From an uncultured virus (IMG/VR IMGVR_UViG_3300027751_000011) (taxonomy: Duplodnaviria; Heunggongvirae; Uroviricota; Caudoviricetes): a DNA stretch of 64,000 nucleotides. Shown piece after piece: positions 53,240 through 64,000 of the stretch. The position numbers and the translations under genes are program-made. The number at the start of each line of letters is the position of its first letter. The stretch's first letter is position 1. The stretch lies in the IMG/VR virus record IMGVR_UViG_3300027751_000011; one strand, written 5' to 3'. The notes beneath the pieces were generated by a model. That model ran no database searches, was not told the DNA's origin, and saw only the letters and a list, made by a program, of their open reading frames with translations.

Positions 53240-56200
53240 TTAGTTACCCTTCAATTCTTCTATTTCTTGTTTTAATTCTTTGATAGCTTCAATTAGCACG
53301 CCAACCATCTTACCATAGTCAACCGCTTTCATTCCTTCAGTATCAGTATGAACAACTTCTGGAAGAACCTCTTCTACCTCTTGAGCAATCACACCAACCT
53401 TACGCTCATCTTTACCAATCTTGTTATACCACACACCACGTAGCTGTGATACTAGATCTAAGCCATTTGCAACAGTTTCAATGTTCTCTTTGGTTCTTAC
53501 ATCAGAAACAGATGTAATGTCACCTTGAACTGTTAGATCATCACTACTGAATGTTGAGTTAAGAGTCGCTAAGTTGGCTCCAGTATAGATTTTAAGAGTG
53601 TTGTTTGTATTTAAATCAAATCCAGCACGTTCAGTACCATCAGCGTACAAACCAATTTGCCCGGTTTGGGGATTTAAATTAACATCACCGCCGTTGTCCG
53701 CCGCATCACCCGTGTATAAGGTTAAGGCACCGTTAGTTGCACCTACGTTTAAATCATCAGTTGCAATGATTTTTTGGTCTATTACTCCGAGATAAAACTC
53801 GATTTGATCATTAGCTGTTGCGCCTCGCATATAAACACGACCATCAGTTGGGACTAGATAAATATCCTCTGTTGCTTTAATATACGTTTGCACAGGGCTG
53901 TTTATAGTTGTGCCAACAAGACTTTGGTTTGAGCTCGTGATTGAATTAAACCCAGAACCACCGTTTTGAATATAGAATTTTAATACCCCGTTTTCATCAC
54001 CACTAGTGGTTGATCCAGCCGTGTATCCAGTAGTGCCTTGCATCCATGCATAATCATGTCTAACATTTGAAGAGTTTCGTCCTGCAAATCTTATATATCC
54101 GCAATTGGTGTTGTGAGCCATAGAAGTATCAGTATTCATTAACCTCAGTTCTATAGGGCGGCTTAGTGAATTTGAAGTAGATTGAGATAGCGTTAATGCA
54201 CCAGTACTTGTAATATTACCTAACGTTTCAGACAATGTAATTGGTTCAAATTTAATTCTGTCGTGTTCGTAAGTCGAGTCAAAGCTAAACTCTGTACCTG
54301 ATAGAACTAAGCCGTCACCAGCTGAGTAGGTAGTATTTGTATCAGCATCATCCCGCCATGCAGGATTACCACTTACGTCTGTTTTCCAAACTTTACTTGC
54401 AACAGAACCTGGTGCAGCCACATAACCAGCTATAGTTTTAGTGTTTGCATTCCAAGTGTTTGTATTTGTATCGGCATCATCTCGCCATGAGGGAACACCA
54501 CTTGCATTTGTTTTCCAAACTTTATTAGCTTGGCCAGCGCCTGATGCAACATAACCATCCGCCGTACTACTGTTTGCATTCCAAGTGTCATTATCAGCAC
54601 CGGTAATAGTAAGTTCGGTGGCAGATGTTCTGGTAACTGAAACGCTTCCAGAGCCTGTAAACTTTACTCTATCTGAATCTCCATCAGAACCTAAAAGTCT
54701 TATATCTGTCCCAGCGCTAGGAGAAGCTAGACCGTAAGTAGTATTGTCATTATTATCAGTCCATGGAACATTAACATATGCCTTATCACCAGATAGTTCA
54801 ACAGGATAGTTCTTACCAGATTCAGTGTAACCTACCTGTATACCACCTCTAGTACCATTAGTTGCCTTTGGTAAAGAATAGACATTGTTATTATATTCTG
54901 AAGATACTGGAATATTGTAATAGGTTGTGCCGTCATTTGTAAACTGCCAACGATCATCAGTCTCGTCCCACTTTAACACAGTATTACTTTGAGTTCCGCG
55001 CTCAATTTCAATGCCAGCATCTTCTGATGGATTAGTACCACCAAAGTCATTGTTGAGGACAATAGTGTTATCACCAATATTAAGTTGTGTAGCATTAATT
55101 TCTGTTACTTCACCTTGGAATACTACATTGCCGTTAAATGTAATGTCTGAGTCATTAATATGGATATAACCGTTATTGGTATCACCGTGTATTTTAACCC
55201 CATTACCGCTTTTAACAAATCTACCAAAACGAGTACCGTTATTTTCTAAGAAAACGTTACCGTTGCCAGCATCAAGGTTAATGCTGTTAACTGTATCAAG
55301 AGTTACGTCATAACCTTTAGTGGTGACATCAATTTGATCTGTTCCAATGTGTAGATCTCTACTAGACCAAATACGAGATTTATTCCCACTTAGATATGGT
55401 TGCAATGACAGCCCAACATTAGTACTATCATTATGAATTATGCCAAGGGAATTACTCTTTACATAAAAAGAATTTGTACCATCAGTTGTCATGATTGGAG
55501 CATTAGTATCACTGTAATAACCAGCTGTATCAATTTTCAACGAAGGATTAGCAAAACCATCTTGCTTAAAGTTAAAGTTGCCATCAGCAGCTGAAGTAAG
55601 GTTAATATCAGCAGCTGAAGTAAGAGTAATATCCCCGCTAGTATTTTGAATACTGTCTACTGTTAAGATACCAGTTGTTGCTGCGTTTGCAGTAAGGTCG
55701 CGAGTAAAGATATTGTCAAATGCCGCGCTATCATTTTGAAGTGCTAATCTATTAAGGCCAGTAAGTGTTCCTGCTTCCCAATAATCTCCTAATTCATTCC
55801 ATTGTAGTACTGCGCTATCAGTGCTTGGACGATCAACAGCTAATCCTGCTCTATTAATATCATTTACTGAAACACCGTCGTTTACTATCGTATAGCTGCT
55901 TGCATTCCTACTTACTCCAGTGGTAGTAAATGTTCCATTCACAGTAAAACCAGTAGAAACACTCAAAATGTCGAACGTAGCGCTATCTGCAGAAATACTT
56001 TCTATACCTGATATCTTATCTGGTAAACTGATAGTAGCGGAAGATCCTTCTCCCGGCGTATGAGAAACAGTAATCTCATTAGCTGTGCCTGAGATACCTG
56101 ACACATAGTTGCCAGTAGTTTCTGTTCCAAGAATAACACCATCGTCTTTGATTGTTACTGCACCGTCAGTCACAGAGAAGTTTTGTGTACTGAATGAAGC

Positions 56201-57628
56201 TACACCTTTGTTAGATGATGTTGCCACTTCGCCATCAATCTTAATATTATTATTAGATACAGTTGTGGTAATACCTTCACCTGCTTCAAAAGTTATCGTA
56301 TCTCCTAACGAAACATTATCATCAGTACCTGTTTCAGCAGAAATAGTGAATGCAGTTCCTGTTGAAGTTACATTACCACCAATGTCCAAATTACCTGTGA
56401 TATACGCTGAGTCATTAACCGTTAAGGCATCATCAAGAGTAGTAGTTCCCTGAACATTTAAAGCGTTACTTACAGTCGCGCTATCAAGAGTGGTAATTCC
56501 CTGAACATCTAAATCACCTGATATAGTTGCGGAATCAGCAGCTAAATTATCAGCGTTAACTGTACCAGTAAAATAACCATCGCGCCACTGCTGACTATTG
56601 CTACCTAAATCAAAAGAGTTATCTGCGTTGGGAATAATACTAGAATTAACATCGGCAGTGAATACTACATTGTCGGTATTAGCATCACCAAGAGTAACTG
56701 AGCCATTTGTACCGGCTTTAAAATTAACGGTACCGTCTACAGTAAGAGAGCCATCTACTTGTAAGTCGTTTGTAACTGTCACGGTAGTATCTGCAACTTC
56801 AATTCTTGAAGATCCGCCAGTATGTATATCTACTGCATCCGTACCAAATACAACTTTTGTATTATCATTACCTGAATGGATAATAGCATCTTTTACGTGC
56901 ACGTTTGCTACGTCGTTAATATCGTATGTTCCAAGGGATAGTTCACCGTCTATCGTAGTACTGTCAAGAGTAGTCAATCCAGTTACATTAAAAGTAGTAT
57001 CATCCCATGTAAGGTTGGCATTATCTTCTAATTCTCCAGAAGTACCCGCAAATACAATTCTGTTATCAGTTAAGTCAGTAACTTTCATAGTACCAATAGT
57101 AGCACTATCAGCTGAAACTTCATCAATGTAGCCAGTTCCATCTACATATAAATCACGCCATTCTTGTCCAGTGCTACCTAGATCAAAGGCGTCATCTGTA
57201 TTAGGAATAATACTTGAATTTATATCAGCATCGAATACGACGTTATCTGTATTGTCATCTCCAAGTGTTACAGTTCCTGAAGAACCAGCTTTCATGTTAA
57301 CAATACCGTGGACTGTTAGACTTCCACCGATATCAACATTAGTATCTACTTTTAAATTACCTGCAAGTCTACTTGTAGATGAGCTATCATACACATCTAG
57401 TTTTGGTGTTCTTACTTTAATTGTGTCAGCAGAATCTAACTTTGCCTCGTGCTCTTGTAACGCCTCGCCAATAGTAGGTCTGCTTCCAGCGAAAGTAGAT
57501 CTACCGCTAGTTTGATCAATGCTTGTTAGGCTCATATCACCAACTGAATCTAACAGCTGGTTAATTCTTCTTCGCTGCGTATTTAACGTATCAGTTAAAG
57601 TTATATTAGGTATTTTTGAATTAGCCAT
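53240..57628 (-). CDS. Long tail fibre with C-terminal peptidase S74 intramolecular chaperone
   Basis: SD.R.KENI....GL..V.QLRGV.Y...G.IAQEVE.VLPEVV...[14 protein letters not shown]; internal duplicated modules. Confidence 0.9.
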   Translation of the reverse strand: MANSKIPNITLTDTLNTQRRRINQLLDSVGDMSLTSIDQTSGRSTFAGSRPTIGEALQEHEAKLDSADTIKVRTPKLDVYDSSSTSRLAGNLKVDTNVDIGGSLTVHGIVNMKAGSSGTVTLGDDNTDNVVFDADINSSIIPNTDDAFDLGSTGQEWRDLYVDGTGYIDEVSADSATIGTMKVTDLTDNRIVFAGTSGELEDNANLTWDDTTFNVTGLTTLDSTTIDGELSLGTYDINDVANVHVKDAIIHSGNDNTKVVFGTDAVDIHTGGSSRIEVADTTVTVTNDLQVDGSLTVDGTVNFKAGTNGSVTLGDANTDNVVFTADVNSSIIPNADNSFDLGSNSQQWRDGYFTGTVNADNLAADSATISGDLDVQGITTLDSATVSNALNVQGTTTLDDALTVNDSAYITGNLDIGGNVTSTGTAFTISAETGTDDNVSLGDTITFEAGEGITTTVSNNNIKIDGEVATSSNKGVASFSTQNFSVTDGAVTIKDDGVILGTETTGNYVSGISGTANEITVSHTPGEGSSATISLPDKISGIESISADSATFDILSVSTGFTVNGTFTTTGVSRNASSYTIVNDGVSVNDINRAGLAVDRPSTDSAVLQWNELGDYWEAGTLTGLNRLALQNDSAAFDNIFTRDLTANAATTGILTVDSIQNTSGDITLTSAADINLTSAADGNFNFKQDGFANPSLKIDTAGYYSDTNAPIMTTDGTNSFYVKSNSLGIIHNDSTNVGLSLQPYLSGNKSRIWSSRDLHIGTDQIDVTTKGYDVTLDTVNSINLDAGNGNVFLENNGTRFGRFVKSGNGVKIHGDTNNGYIHINDSDITFNGNVVFQGEVTEINATQLNIGDNTIVLNNDFGGTNPSEDAGIEIERGTQSNTVLKWDETDDRWQFTNDGTTYYNIPVSSEYNNNVYSLPKATNGTRGGIQVGYTESGKNYPVELSGDKAYVNVPWTDNNDNTTYGLASPSAGTDIRLLGSDGDSDRVKFTGSGSVSVTRTSATELTITGADNDTWNANSSTADGYVASGAGQANKVWKTNASGVPSWRDDADTNTNTWNANTKTIAGYVAAPGSVASKVWKTDVSGNPAWRDDADTNTTYSAGDGLVLSGTEFSFDSTYEHDRIKFEPITLSETLGNITSTGALTLSQSTSNSLSRPIELRLMNTDTSMAHNTNCGYIRFAGRNSSNVRHDYAWMQGTTGYTAGSTTSGDENGVLKFYIQNGGSGFNSITSSNQSLVGTTINSPVQTYIKATEDIYLVPTDGRVYMRGATANDQIEFYLGVIDQKIIATDDLNVGATNGALTLYTGDAADNGGDVNLNPQTGQIGLYADGTERAGFDLNTNNTLKIYTGANLATLNSTFSSDDLTVQGDITSVSDVRTKENIETVANGLDLVSQLRGVWYNKIGKDERKVGVIAQEVEEVLPEVVHTDTEGMKAVDYGKMVGVLIEAIKELKQEIEELKGN

Positions 57629-57836
57629 TTGAACCGTTCTCTAATAGTTTTTGGAGCATTGTTTTTATATCGTTTACATCACTTTTAAGTTGATCTATTT
57701 CATCTAGCTCTTTTTGCTTTCTCACATTAATCAGATTATTATACTTATGTTTGTTCTTATTTATATTCAAAATCATGTTAGTATTAGGATCTCTTACTAA
57801 ATCCGGATAATCTTTTACTGGTATATAGTCTGCCAT
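57621..57836 (-). CDS. Conserved small protein (LVRD..T..ILN...LK.D...IK..L..LL)
   Basis: ORF track; position after the VrlC-like gene as in marine T4-like phages. Confidence 0.8.
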   Translation of the reverse strand: MADYIPVKDYPDLVRDPNTNMILNINKNKHKYNNLINVRKQKELDEIDQLKSDVNDIKTMLQKLLENGSNG

Positions 57837-59503
57837 TATGAGGTAGCTATTGTTCTTAAGTTTCTAAAACGAGGGAATCTAGTAGATTTCTCAGCATTCA
57901 TTGTTATTTTTATTTGATACTCGTCAAAAGGAGAGACATTGAATACGTTAAACTCATATTCAACAAACCTAGAAAGGTCGCTGCTAGGCGGAATGTCTAT
58001 ATAACTATTACCCTTAGTTACTTTTATGTCTTTAGAAAAAGCTGTCCAATCTTGCTCAGAAAGTTTGTTTCCACTTGAATTTAAATTGGTCCTAAACCAT
58101 ATATCAAAATCAGCTCCTATAGGTCTTACTGCATCTACTAAAGTTACAATAGATGTAGAGGAGTTAGTAAGACTATAAACTATTGAAATATGTTTACTTC
58201 CACAAGTCCCGCCATCTGGAGAGGTTTCAGGTACATAATCTACAGTACTAATAAAGTTTCTATCAGTGGCTGTACCCACATCAGACTGCTGGTGGTCAAT
58301 AAAATATGACACAGTTTCGACTTGAGAACTATTAACATTAAAATAAGGAGCCGTATTTGCATTCGAAGTAGATAAGTTTACGCTTACCACAGTTGAAGGA
58401 TTCCCACCTAGTTTATTAACTTCTTGTGCTCTTGATGCTATTACAGCAGGTTCATCAAGTATTTGAGGCCCTGATAGATTTAAGCCAACCCCAGCAATAG
58501 CTTGGTATCCAGTATTAGTGTCATGCCAAGCTCCTATAGATGTAAAATCGGCACTAGCAGTAACGTTAGTACCAGATGGGGCTGATACTGGAATCTTAAC
58601 CATAAATTCATCTATTTCGTGTTGTTCAGTAGCATATAAACCAGTACCGCCACCTCTAACAGAAGCAGTGGCTACTGAACCCATTTCAAACGTATAACCA
58701 TACGGGTCTGCTGCAGTAATAACTCTATCGCCTAAAATGTTACTACCTAAGACGCCATTTACTGTATCTCCACTACTAAATCCTGTCGCGTCAGTGCTAA
58801 GAGTTACTGTATCTCCTACTCTAAAACCATGAGCGGGATGAAGAACAGAAACAGTAGCATCGCCAGCTGTAAATACTAAAGGATCATACACGTAATCGCC
58901 CAGTTGATTTTGTACTAGGCTTTCTGTTAATTTTTTAGGAGGTGGAGTATTTATTTCTAGCTTAGCAACAGAAGACAGCGCTGTATCGAACTGCGCTTTA
59001 TATACTTTAAATGTTAAATCTTTTGTATTATCACCTTCCCATGTTGTGCCATTTGAAGATGAGTATAACGCGCCGCCCGAAGTATTCACGGTAGAGTTAT
59101 ATCTCGATGTAGTAGTTCCAATATTAAATTCACCGTTCTGAGCAAAATACGTTTGGTATGCACCAGCACCAGCGCTACTGTATATACACACCGATAAAAG
59201 TGTATTGGCTGGCACTTGTATAGGAGATGAAAATTCGAATTTGTATTCAGTCGCAGCTGAAAATGTTGTTGCAGCTTTGGCTCCAACTGCTGCAGCTGTT
59301 GCTACAACTCTGCTGCCTGGTATATACCTCTTCGAAGAAGGTTGGCCTCCCTCAGTCGTAGGCCTAAGCTCTAATGTGATAGGAAGCAATGGATCAGCTG
59401 AGTAAAAGAATATGCCTATACCTGTTAACACACTTGCTTCATCAACCACAAAGGTTTGTGCTGTAGGAGATTTTTGCTCTGTTAATTGTAGAATACCTGT
59501 CAT
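57836..59503 (-). CDS. Virion structural protein, VrlC/DUF4815-like C-terminal part
   Basis: P.AQTF.V, P.T.ELRP...G.P, SSNG.TW....DL.F..Y.A.F, F.EY.F, P....LR.IA. Confidence 0.82.
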   Translation of the reverse strand: MTGILQLTEQKSPTAQTFVVDEASVLTGIGIFFYSADPLLPITLELRPTTEGGQPSSKRYIPGSRVVATAAAVGAKAATTFSAATEYKFEFSSPIQVPANTLLSVCIYSSAGAGAYQTYFAQNGEFNIGTTTSRYNSTVNTSGGALYSSSNGTTWEGDNTKDLTFKVYKAQFDTALSSVAKLEINTPPPKKLTESLVQNQLGDYVYDPLVFTAGDATVSVLHPAHGFRVGDTVTLSTDATGFSSGDTVNGVLGSNILGDRVITAADPYGYTFEMGSVATASVRGGGTGLYATEQHEIDEFMVKIPVSAPSGTNVTASADFTSIGAWHDTNTGYQAIAGVGLNLSGPQILDEPAVIASRAQEVNKLGGNPSTVVSVNLSTSNANTAPYFNVNSSQVETVSYFIDHQQSDVGTATDRNFISTVDYVPETSPDGGTCGSKHISIVYSLTNSSTSIVTLVDAVRPIGADFDIWFRTNLNSSGNKLSEQDWTAFSKDIKVTKGNSYIDIPPSSDLSRFVEYEFNVFNVSPFDEYQIKITMNAEKSTRFPRFRNLRTIATS

Positions 59504-60300
59504 TAGAAACCACCTCCAATTATACCATTACCTGAAGCAACAGATGCAACATTTGTAGCATTATATATGCTGGCGGGTCTAGCCTTTGGTCGAACAGATC
59601 CCATGTTCAACGGCGCTGATGAGCCCGGTAGAGAAAAAATAGGTTCGTTTTTAGGAGCAAAACACTGATTAACTCCCGCATGTGCGTCGTTATCATTATT
59701 ATTGTCATTTTCGTAAAAAACGCTTTCAAAATATGAGTAACTTTCAGAAAACTGCTTGCTTTCAGTATTAGTATATTCGTACCAGTATTCGTTTTGACCT
59801 TGAGCATAGAATTGAGCAGCAGCGTATGATAAAGCTTCGTTTCTATCTAGAACGGATACATCTAGTGCGCTAAAGTTTGTACCATCAGTATTGATAGGCC
59901 AGTTTGTAGTAGTGTTAGATTGCAAATAAAATAACCCACTTAATGAACCATCTGCAGAAGAAGTTAATGCGACATCAGCACCACCATTTGTAGCTCCTCC
60001 TAAACCAGCGGGAAAGGCTGTTTCAGTTATATAAGAATCTCCAGGCTCTTTAATAGTTGAAGTTCTTGCTGCAGTCGTATAGTCTGTTAAGCTATATGAG
60101 GTATTGCAGTATTTTGTTATCTGCTTATCAGCAAAGAAAATCCAATGAGGAATATTAGGTCTCAAACCTTTAAACTCAAAAAATATAATTTTTGGTCTAT
60201 GTATATCTACTTCACTATAACCTAAACGGTCCTGTTTTATAACATCACGTGTTCGTGTAACGTTTCTACTGCCCGTTCTTTTTACTTGTCTATATGGCAT
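59503..60300 (-). CDS. Virion structural protein, VrlC/DUF4815-like middle part
   Basis: R...I.F...GLRPN..H..FF....I..YC and S.A.A.F.A.G motifs. Confidence 0.72.
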   Translation of the reverse strand: MPYRQVKRTGSRNVTRTRDVIKQDRLGYSEVDIHRPKIIFFEFKGLRPNIPHWIFFADKQITKYCNTSYSLTDYTTAARTSTIKEPGDSYITETAFPAGLGGATNGGADVALTSSADGSLSGLFYLQSNTTTNWPINTDGTNFSALDVSVLDRNEALSYAAAQFYAQGQNEYWYEYTNTESKQFSESYSYFESVFYENDNNNDNDAHAGVNQCFAPKNEPIFSLPGSSAPLNMGSVRPKARPASIYNATNVASVASGNGIIGGGF

Positions 60301-60315
60301 CTCTTTACCTTGTTT

Positions 60316-63288
60316 TTAACTGTAAGCACCAGTACTTACTGTGATAGTACCTTGAGAACTAATTTCTACAGTTCCATCTGGTAGCAATGATGCGTTTGAT
60401 TGAGGCACAAAGGATTTGTCCACCAAACGTTTATTCGTCCAATAATCGCCTTCTGGCGTAAGCTCTGCTGTACCAATACTTTGAGGTATATCAAATTGAT
60501 TAACAGATATAACACCTGTAGCTTCGTCTTGGCCAAAACCTGAAACTACTTCAGTATATTTTGGCCAGACATTATTGCCCTTTATTACACATGTGTCTAA
60601 AGATAAGTCAGAATCATATGTTAGACCTATTGATTTGTTGAAATAAAGCGGGAACAGCTCACGCGTGTCAGCCATATGGCCAGCTCTATAATCATCATCA
60701 AACCAATTTGATTGAAGAGTAGTTTCAAAATTATCTCCGGTAACGCCTTCAGTTTGCCTAATAAACGTAGCATTATCAGGATCGTATACTTCTAAAGATG
60801 ATAACTCAGCTTCTATTAATGAGAGAGTTGTTATTCTTTCAACATTAGAAATTCTATCATCTAGTCTTCGGATATCTGACATCTTATATCCGCGATTATC
60901 ATACTGTGTTACTCTTAAATCTTCATTATTAAATGTGAATGGATACATAACAATATCATACAACTTCATGTCCCTACCATCTACACCTGTAGGAGGAACT
61001 AATGAATAAGATGAAGCACCTTGGTGATACTTTAAAGTTCCAGAAGAAGTTAGAGTAAGCGCATCTCTCCTAGGTAGCCAGTACTTAGTTAAGCCTACGG
61101 TAATTGTTGATTGATTTTTAGGCAGTGGCTCAACACGGGCAATGCCTCCAGTAAACGTTTCATCAGCAGGATTTTTTAAGGATCTCATATCAATTACGTC
61201 GGCTAGGTGGTATGTATCACCTCTTGCCGTAGTATATTTGGGAATCTGACTAAATGTGATATCACCATAAGAAGCCGCTCCTCCAAAATACCCAGCGCCG
61301 ATCGGAGTATCGTGTTGAAAGTACTTATATTCTACTGTGACCGTTCCGGCCGGAGCAGCTTGGCCACCTCTTAACTTACCTCTACCTGGTCCGTAATAGT
61401 TATCATCTTGTCCGTTATTTAAAATAAATTTATATGTTATAATTTCGTTAGTAGTATCATCTGTTACTTTATTAAATGAGAAGATATCAGCTTTTGAAAG
61501 TATAAACTCGTCGTTAACCAAACTAAGAGTTTCAGATGCCCAACTATTTGCGGCTGTGCCAGGTTGTAGCGATTTATTCTTACGAGTTAAAGTTGTAGTC
61601 TGATATGCAACAACATGGCCGTTACCATTCGAAGGACCGGTAATAGCAGCCTGTGTATTTGGACCGTTTCCACCATCGCTTAACGTTACACTTAAGTCAG
61701 TACTTAAATCGCCTCCTGAGTTAACCTGATACACCCAATCATCTGTTTCAGTAAATGTATCGGTGTTACCAGTATTAATTGTTACGCTACTAGCAGTTTT
61801 ATTTACAGTGTACACTTTACCAACAGTAGCAGTCACAGAACTTATTTCTTGTACTCTGTCACGTGGCAGTTCAAACAATAGATCATTTTCTTGTCTATTA
61901 TAAATGTCAAACCTACTTTGCACTGATTTTAAATTTGCATAGTTATCAGCATCTATACCAATAGATCTAATATCGCCAGAGCTATATGAACTATTTGTAA
62001 TATTAATATCAAATATGTGAATTCTATAGTTTGTCTGTAGGTAATATAAAGCTCTTACTCTTGCTGTACCAAAATTTATTCCGCCGCGATCTACGGCAGT
62101 GTATAGATTAACTTCAGTAAAGTCTTCTATATATCCTACGAGACCATACGCACTATCTGCTAACAGAAAATTACCTATATTAGCTCCGGACTTTTCACTA
62201 GTCTTTGATACGGTATCATTTATAATATTTCTTGGCTTTGATACTTTGATTGGTAGATTAAAATCTCTTTCGACTCTTGATCCATTTACAAAACCAGTTC
62301 CTCCTGAAACTTTAAAGTTTAAGAAGTCGTCGTCAGTATCAGTATTTATTGACAGGTCAAATTCACCGGTTGGTCTGCTCTCAATAAAATTACCTGTTTG
62401 AGAATAGGTTCTTGAATCGATAATACTACCTATTTTAGAAAGAATCTTATCGGGAGTTTTAGTAAGCGAAACTTGACCGTTGATTACCTTATAGACTTCA
62501 TAAAATGTATCGCTTGCAACAATCTGATCTTTTGTTGTTAGAGTTAATGTAATTTTAAGTCTATCAGCGCCTGGAGATGTAAGGTTGGGAGTAGAACCTG
62601 AATTATCAAAAAGAGCTATATTATCAGCTGTAGTAATAATTTCTTCTACTACTTTAAAACCAACAGTGCCTGTAAAGGTAGGAGTGTATTTAGAAAGAAC
62701 TAATGATTGAGCGTCAACCATTACAAGATGGTTTCCAGCATATGTATCAAACTGAGGAATATCAACAATAGAACATTTTCCAACCGCGTCATTCACTGAC
62801 TGAATGGTAATATTACCTAAATCAGTTGTAAGAGTAGCTCCTGCAACAAATGGCTTAGAAACTGTAGTAACTTCAGCTTCGTCTGCTCCTCCAACTTTAC
62901 CCTCTGACATCTTTACGAATAGCGTATCAGGATCTCCATTTGCAGCCGGTAAGACATCTTTTACTATAGCAAACAAATCACCATCATTTATTTTAGTACC
63001 CTTTAAAGCTGCATAACCTATAGGTAAAGAACTGACTTTCAAGTACGTGTAAGAAAAGGCATTGACACCTGAAGCAAGGCTTGCTGAATTATTAAATATT
63101 GCGCCTTCATTTACTATAAACCGTGAAAGCCTGGCTAGTTCTGCTTGTATAATAGATTGTGATTGCGTTAGCTCTCTAGCTTGAAGAGCACGACCGTTAT
63201 TAAAAAGAATACGATGGTAGTGATCACTATCTCTGAAGTCATCATTATATTCACTCAAGAACGTGGTGTTAGTAAGATTAGTTGCCAT
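60316..63288 (-). CDS. Virion structural protein, VrlC/DUF4815-like N-terminal part
   Basis: Y.DDF....YHRILF..GRALQARELTQ.Q.I.Q, PGADRLKI.L.L, NRGY.M.DI..L..RI...E..T.LSL.E. Confidence 0.88.
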   Translation of the reverse strand: MATNLTNTTFLSEYNDDFRDSDHYHRILFNNGRALQARELTQSQSIIQAELARLSRFIVNEGAIFNNSASLASGVNAFSYTYLKVSSLPIGYAALKGTKINDGDLFAIVKDVLPAANGDPDTLFVKMSEGKVGGADEAEVTTVSKPFVAGATLTTDLGNITIQSVNDAVGKCSIVDIPQFDTYAGNHLVMVDAQSLVLSKYTPTFTGTVGFKVVEEIITTADNIALFDNSGSTPNLTSPGADRLKITLTLTTKDQIVASDTFYEVYKVINGQVSLTKTPDKILSKIGSIIDSRTYSQTGNFIESRPTGEFDLSINTDTDDDFLNFKVSGGTGFVNGSRVERDFNLPIKVSKPRNIINDTVSKTSEKSGANIGNFLLADSAYGLVGYIEDFTEVNLYTAVDRGGINFGTARVRALYYLQTNYRIHIFDINITNSSYSSGDIRSIGIDADNYANLKSVQSRFDIYNRQENDLLFELPRDRVQEISSVTATVGKVYTVNKTASSVTINTGNTDTFTETDDWVYQVNSGGDLSTDLSVTLSDGGNGPNTQAAITGPSNGNGHVVAYQTTTLTRKNKSLQPGTAANSWASETLSLVNDEFILSKADIFSFNKVTDDTTNEIITYKFILNNGQDDNYYGPGRGKLRGGQAAPAGTVTVEYKYFQHDTPIGAGYFGGAASYGDITFSQIPKYTTARGDTYHLADVIDMRSLKNPADETFTGGIARVEPLPKNQSTITVGLTKYWLPRRDALTLTSSGTLKYHQGASSYSLVPPTGVDGRDMKLYDIVMYPFTFNNEDLRVTQYDNRGYKMSDIRRLDDRISNVERITTLSLIEAELSSLEVYDPDNATFIRQTEGVTGDNFETTLQSNWFDDDYRAGHMADTRELFPLYFNKSIGLTYDSDLSLDTCVIKGNNVWPKYTEVVSGFGQDEATGVISVNQFDIPQSIGTAELTPEGDYWTNKRLVDKSFVPQSNASLLPDGTVEISSQGTITVSTGAYS

Positions 63289-63297
63289 TGTTTATCC

Positions 63298-64000
63298 TTA
63301 GAGTTTAATAACTACTTTAATATCTTCAGTTTGAGCTGCATCTCGTGGGAGTTTTTGTCTGTTATTTAAAAAGAGTAACTCTCCAGAATATATATCAATC
63401 TCTCCAGCGACAATATCAGATATAGTAAATGTTCCAGCTTTACCTGTTATAGTTACGGTTTCTCCGATAGTAAAGTTCGAAAATCCAGTTTCTTCATTTT
63501 GATGATACCAAATTGTAGAAATACCATCAAAATAGTCTATATATCCGCTGGCACTACCCGCTCCATTAATTGTTACGTCGTTGGCCCAAGAAAGCTCAGA
63601 TATGGTTTCACTTAATACTATCTGCTTAACTGCTCTACCTTGTGTTTCAGTAAATAACGCACCGCCAGGTTGCTTAATATTTTTTAATAAGCCTATCTGT
63701 CTATACTCGTTATCAACTATCCAATCACCAGATACGTCGCCTTCGGGTTTGATATTAAACATTATGCTTGTAGATCGTAGATCCGATCTAGCATCTGCAC
63801 CAATTCCTCCTTCAACAGCAAAAATGGGAAATACCTCTGCACTTGCTCCACTTGTTAAATTAGTTTGATCTACTGTTATTGAGGCTTGATTATACCCTGA
63901 TCCTAAATCTGATACAATATTAGTAACGGCCGAACTTGTTCCAACTTGAACTGCAGCAAGCTTTCCGGTATTATCTAAAATAGCGTGTGCATTTGCTCCA
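63298..64000 (-). CDS. gp8: Baseplate wedge subunit, C-terminal part (starts outside the window)
   Basis: G.GADA..DL....M, N.YRQIGLLKN, ..YSGE....NR....R...QTEDIK.VI.L. Confidence 0.85.
   Translation of the reverse strand, partial: GANAHAILDNTGKLAAVQVGTSSAVTNIVSDLGSGYNQASITVDQTNLTSGASAEVFPIFAVEGGIGADARSDLRSTSIMFNIKPEGDVSGDWIVDNEYRQIGLLKNIKQPGGALFTETQGRAVKQIVLSETISELSWANDVTINGAGSASGYIDYFDGISTIWYHQNEETGFSNFTIGETVTITGKAGTFTISDIVAGEIDIYSGELLFLNNRQKLPRDAAQTEDIKVVIKL

Noticed and set aside
50160..57515. Long plus-strand ORFs (50160..50660, 56109..56453, 56598..57131, 57171..57515) and similar ones elsewhere
   Set aside because: Antisense shadows of low-complexity fibre or core genes, with no RBS or recognisable motifs.
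1..64000. tRNA genes, introns, inteins, homing endonucleases, integrases
   Set aside because: None recognised: intergenic gaps are short and core genes (gp17, gp20, gp23, gp46, uvsW) have normal uninterrupted lengths. A tRNAscan/Infernal run was not possible.

Overview
A 64 kb segment of a marine T4-like (cyano/pelagiphage-type gene order) myovirus, with essentially all genes on the minus strand. In transcription order (right to left) it carries: baseplate gp8 (partial); a VrlC/DUF4815-like module in three ORFs; a long S74-chaperone tail fibre and a large accessory block of fibre, collagen-like and adhesin-like genes; a 998-aa multi-domain glycosyltransferase; neck, terminase, tail and head genes (gp13-gp23, gp3); uvsY, exonuclease, uvsW, gp55, gp47-46-45-44-62, regA; hsp20; a cluster of small host-like genes; and the 5' part of DNA polymerase gp43. 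T4 late promoters (TATAAATA) and sigma70-like T(T/G)TACA-N17-TAG(A/T)AT promoters are visible. The most unusual items are: (1) a Rhodobacteraceae-like ATP synthase c subunit that keeps the proton-binding Glu but has lost the R-[N/Q]-P F1-coupling loop, in a late operon with hsp20 (behind a ROSE-like thermometer), DUF1127 and small membrane proteins; (2) a possible virion glycosylation system (late glycosyltransferase, Thr/Ser collagen repeats, recurrent D-S-[A/D/S] motifs); (3) five inserted cupredoxin-like H...CxxHxxM modules, one circularly permuted; (4) two arrays of paralogous candidate fibre-tip proteins; (5) an unannotated 45-aa metallothionein-like gene. All family assignments come from motif recognition and synteny; no database searches were run.
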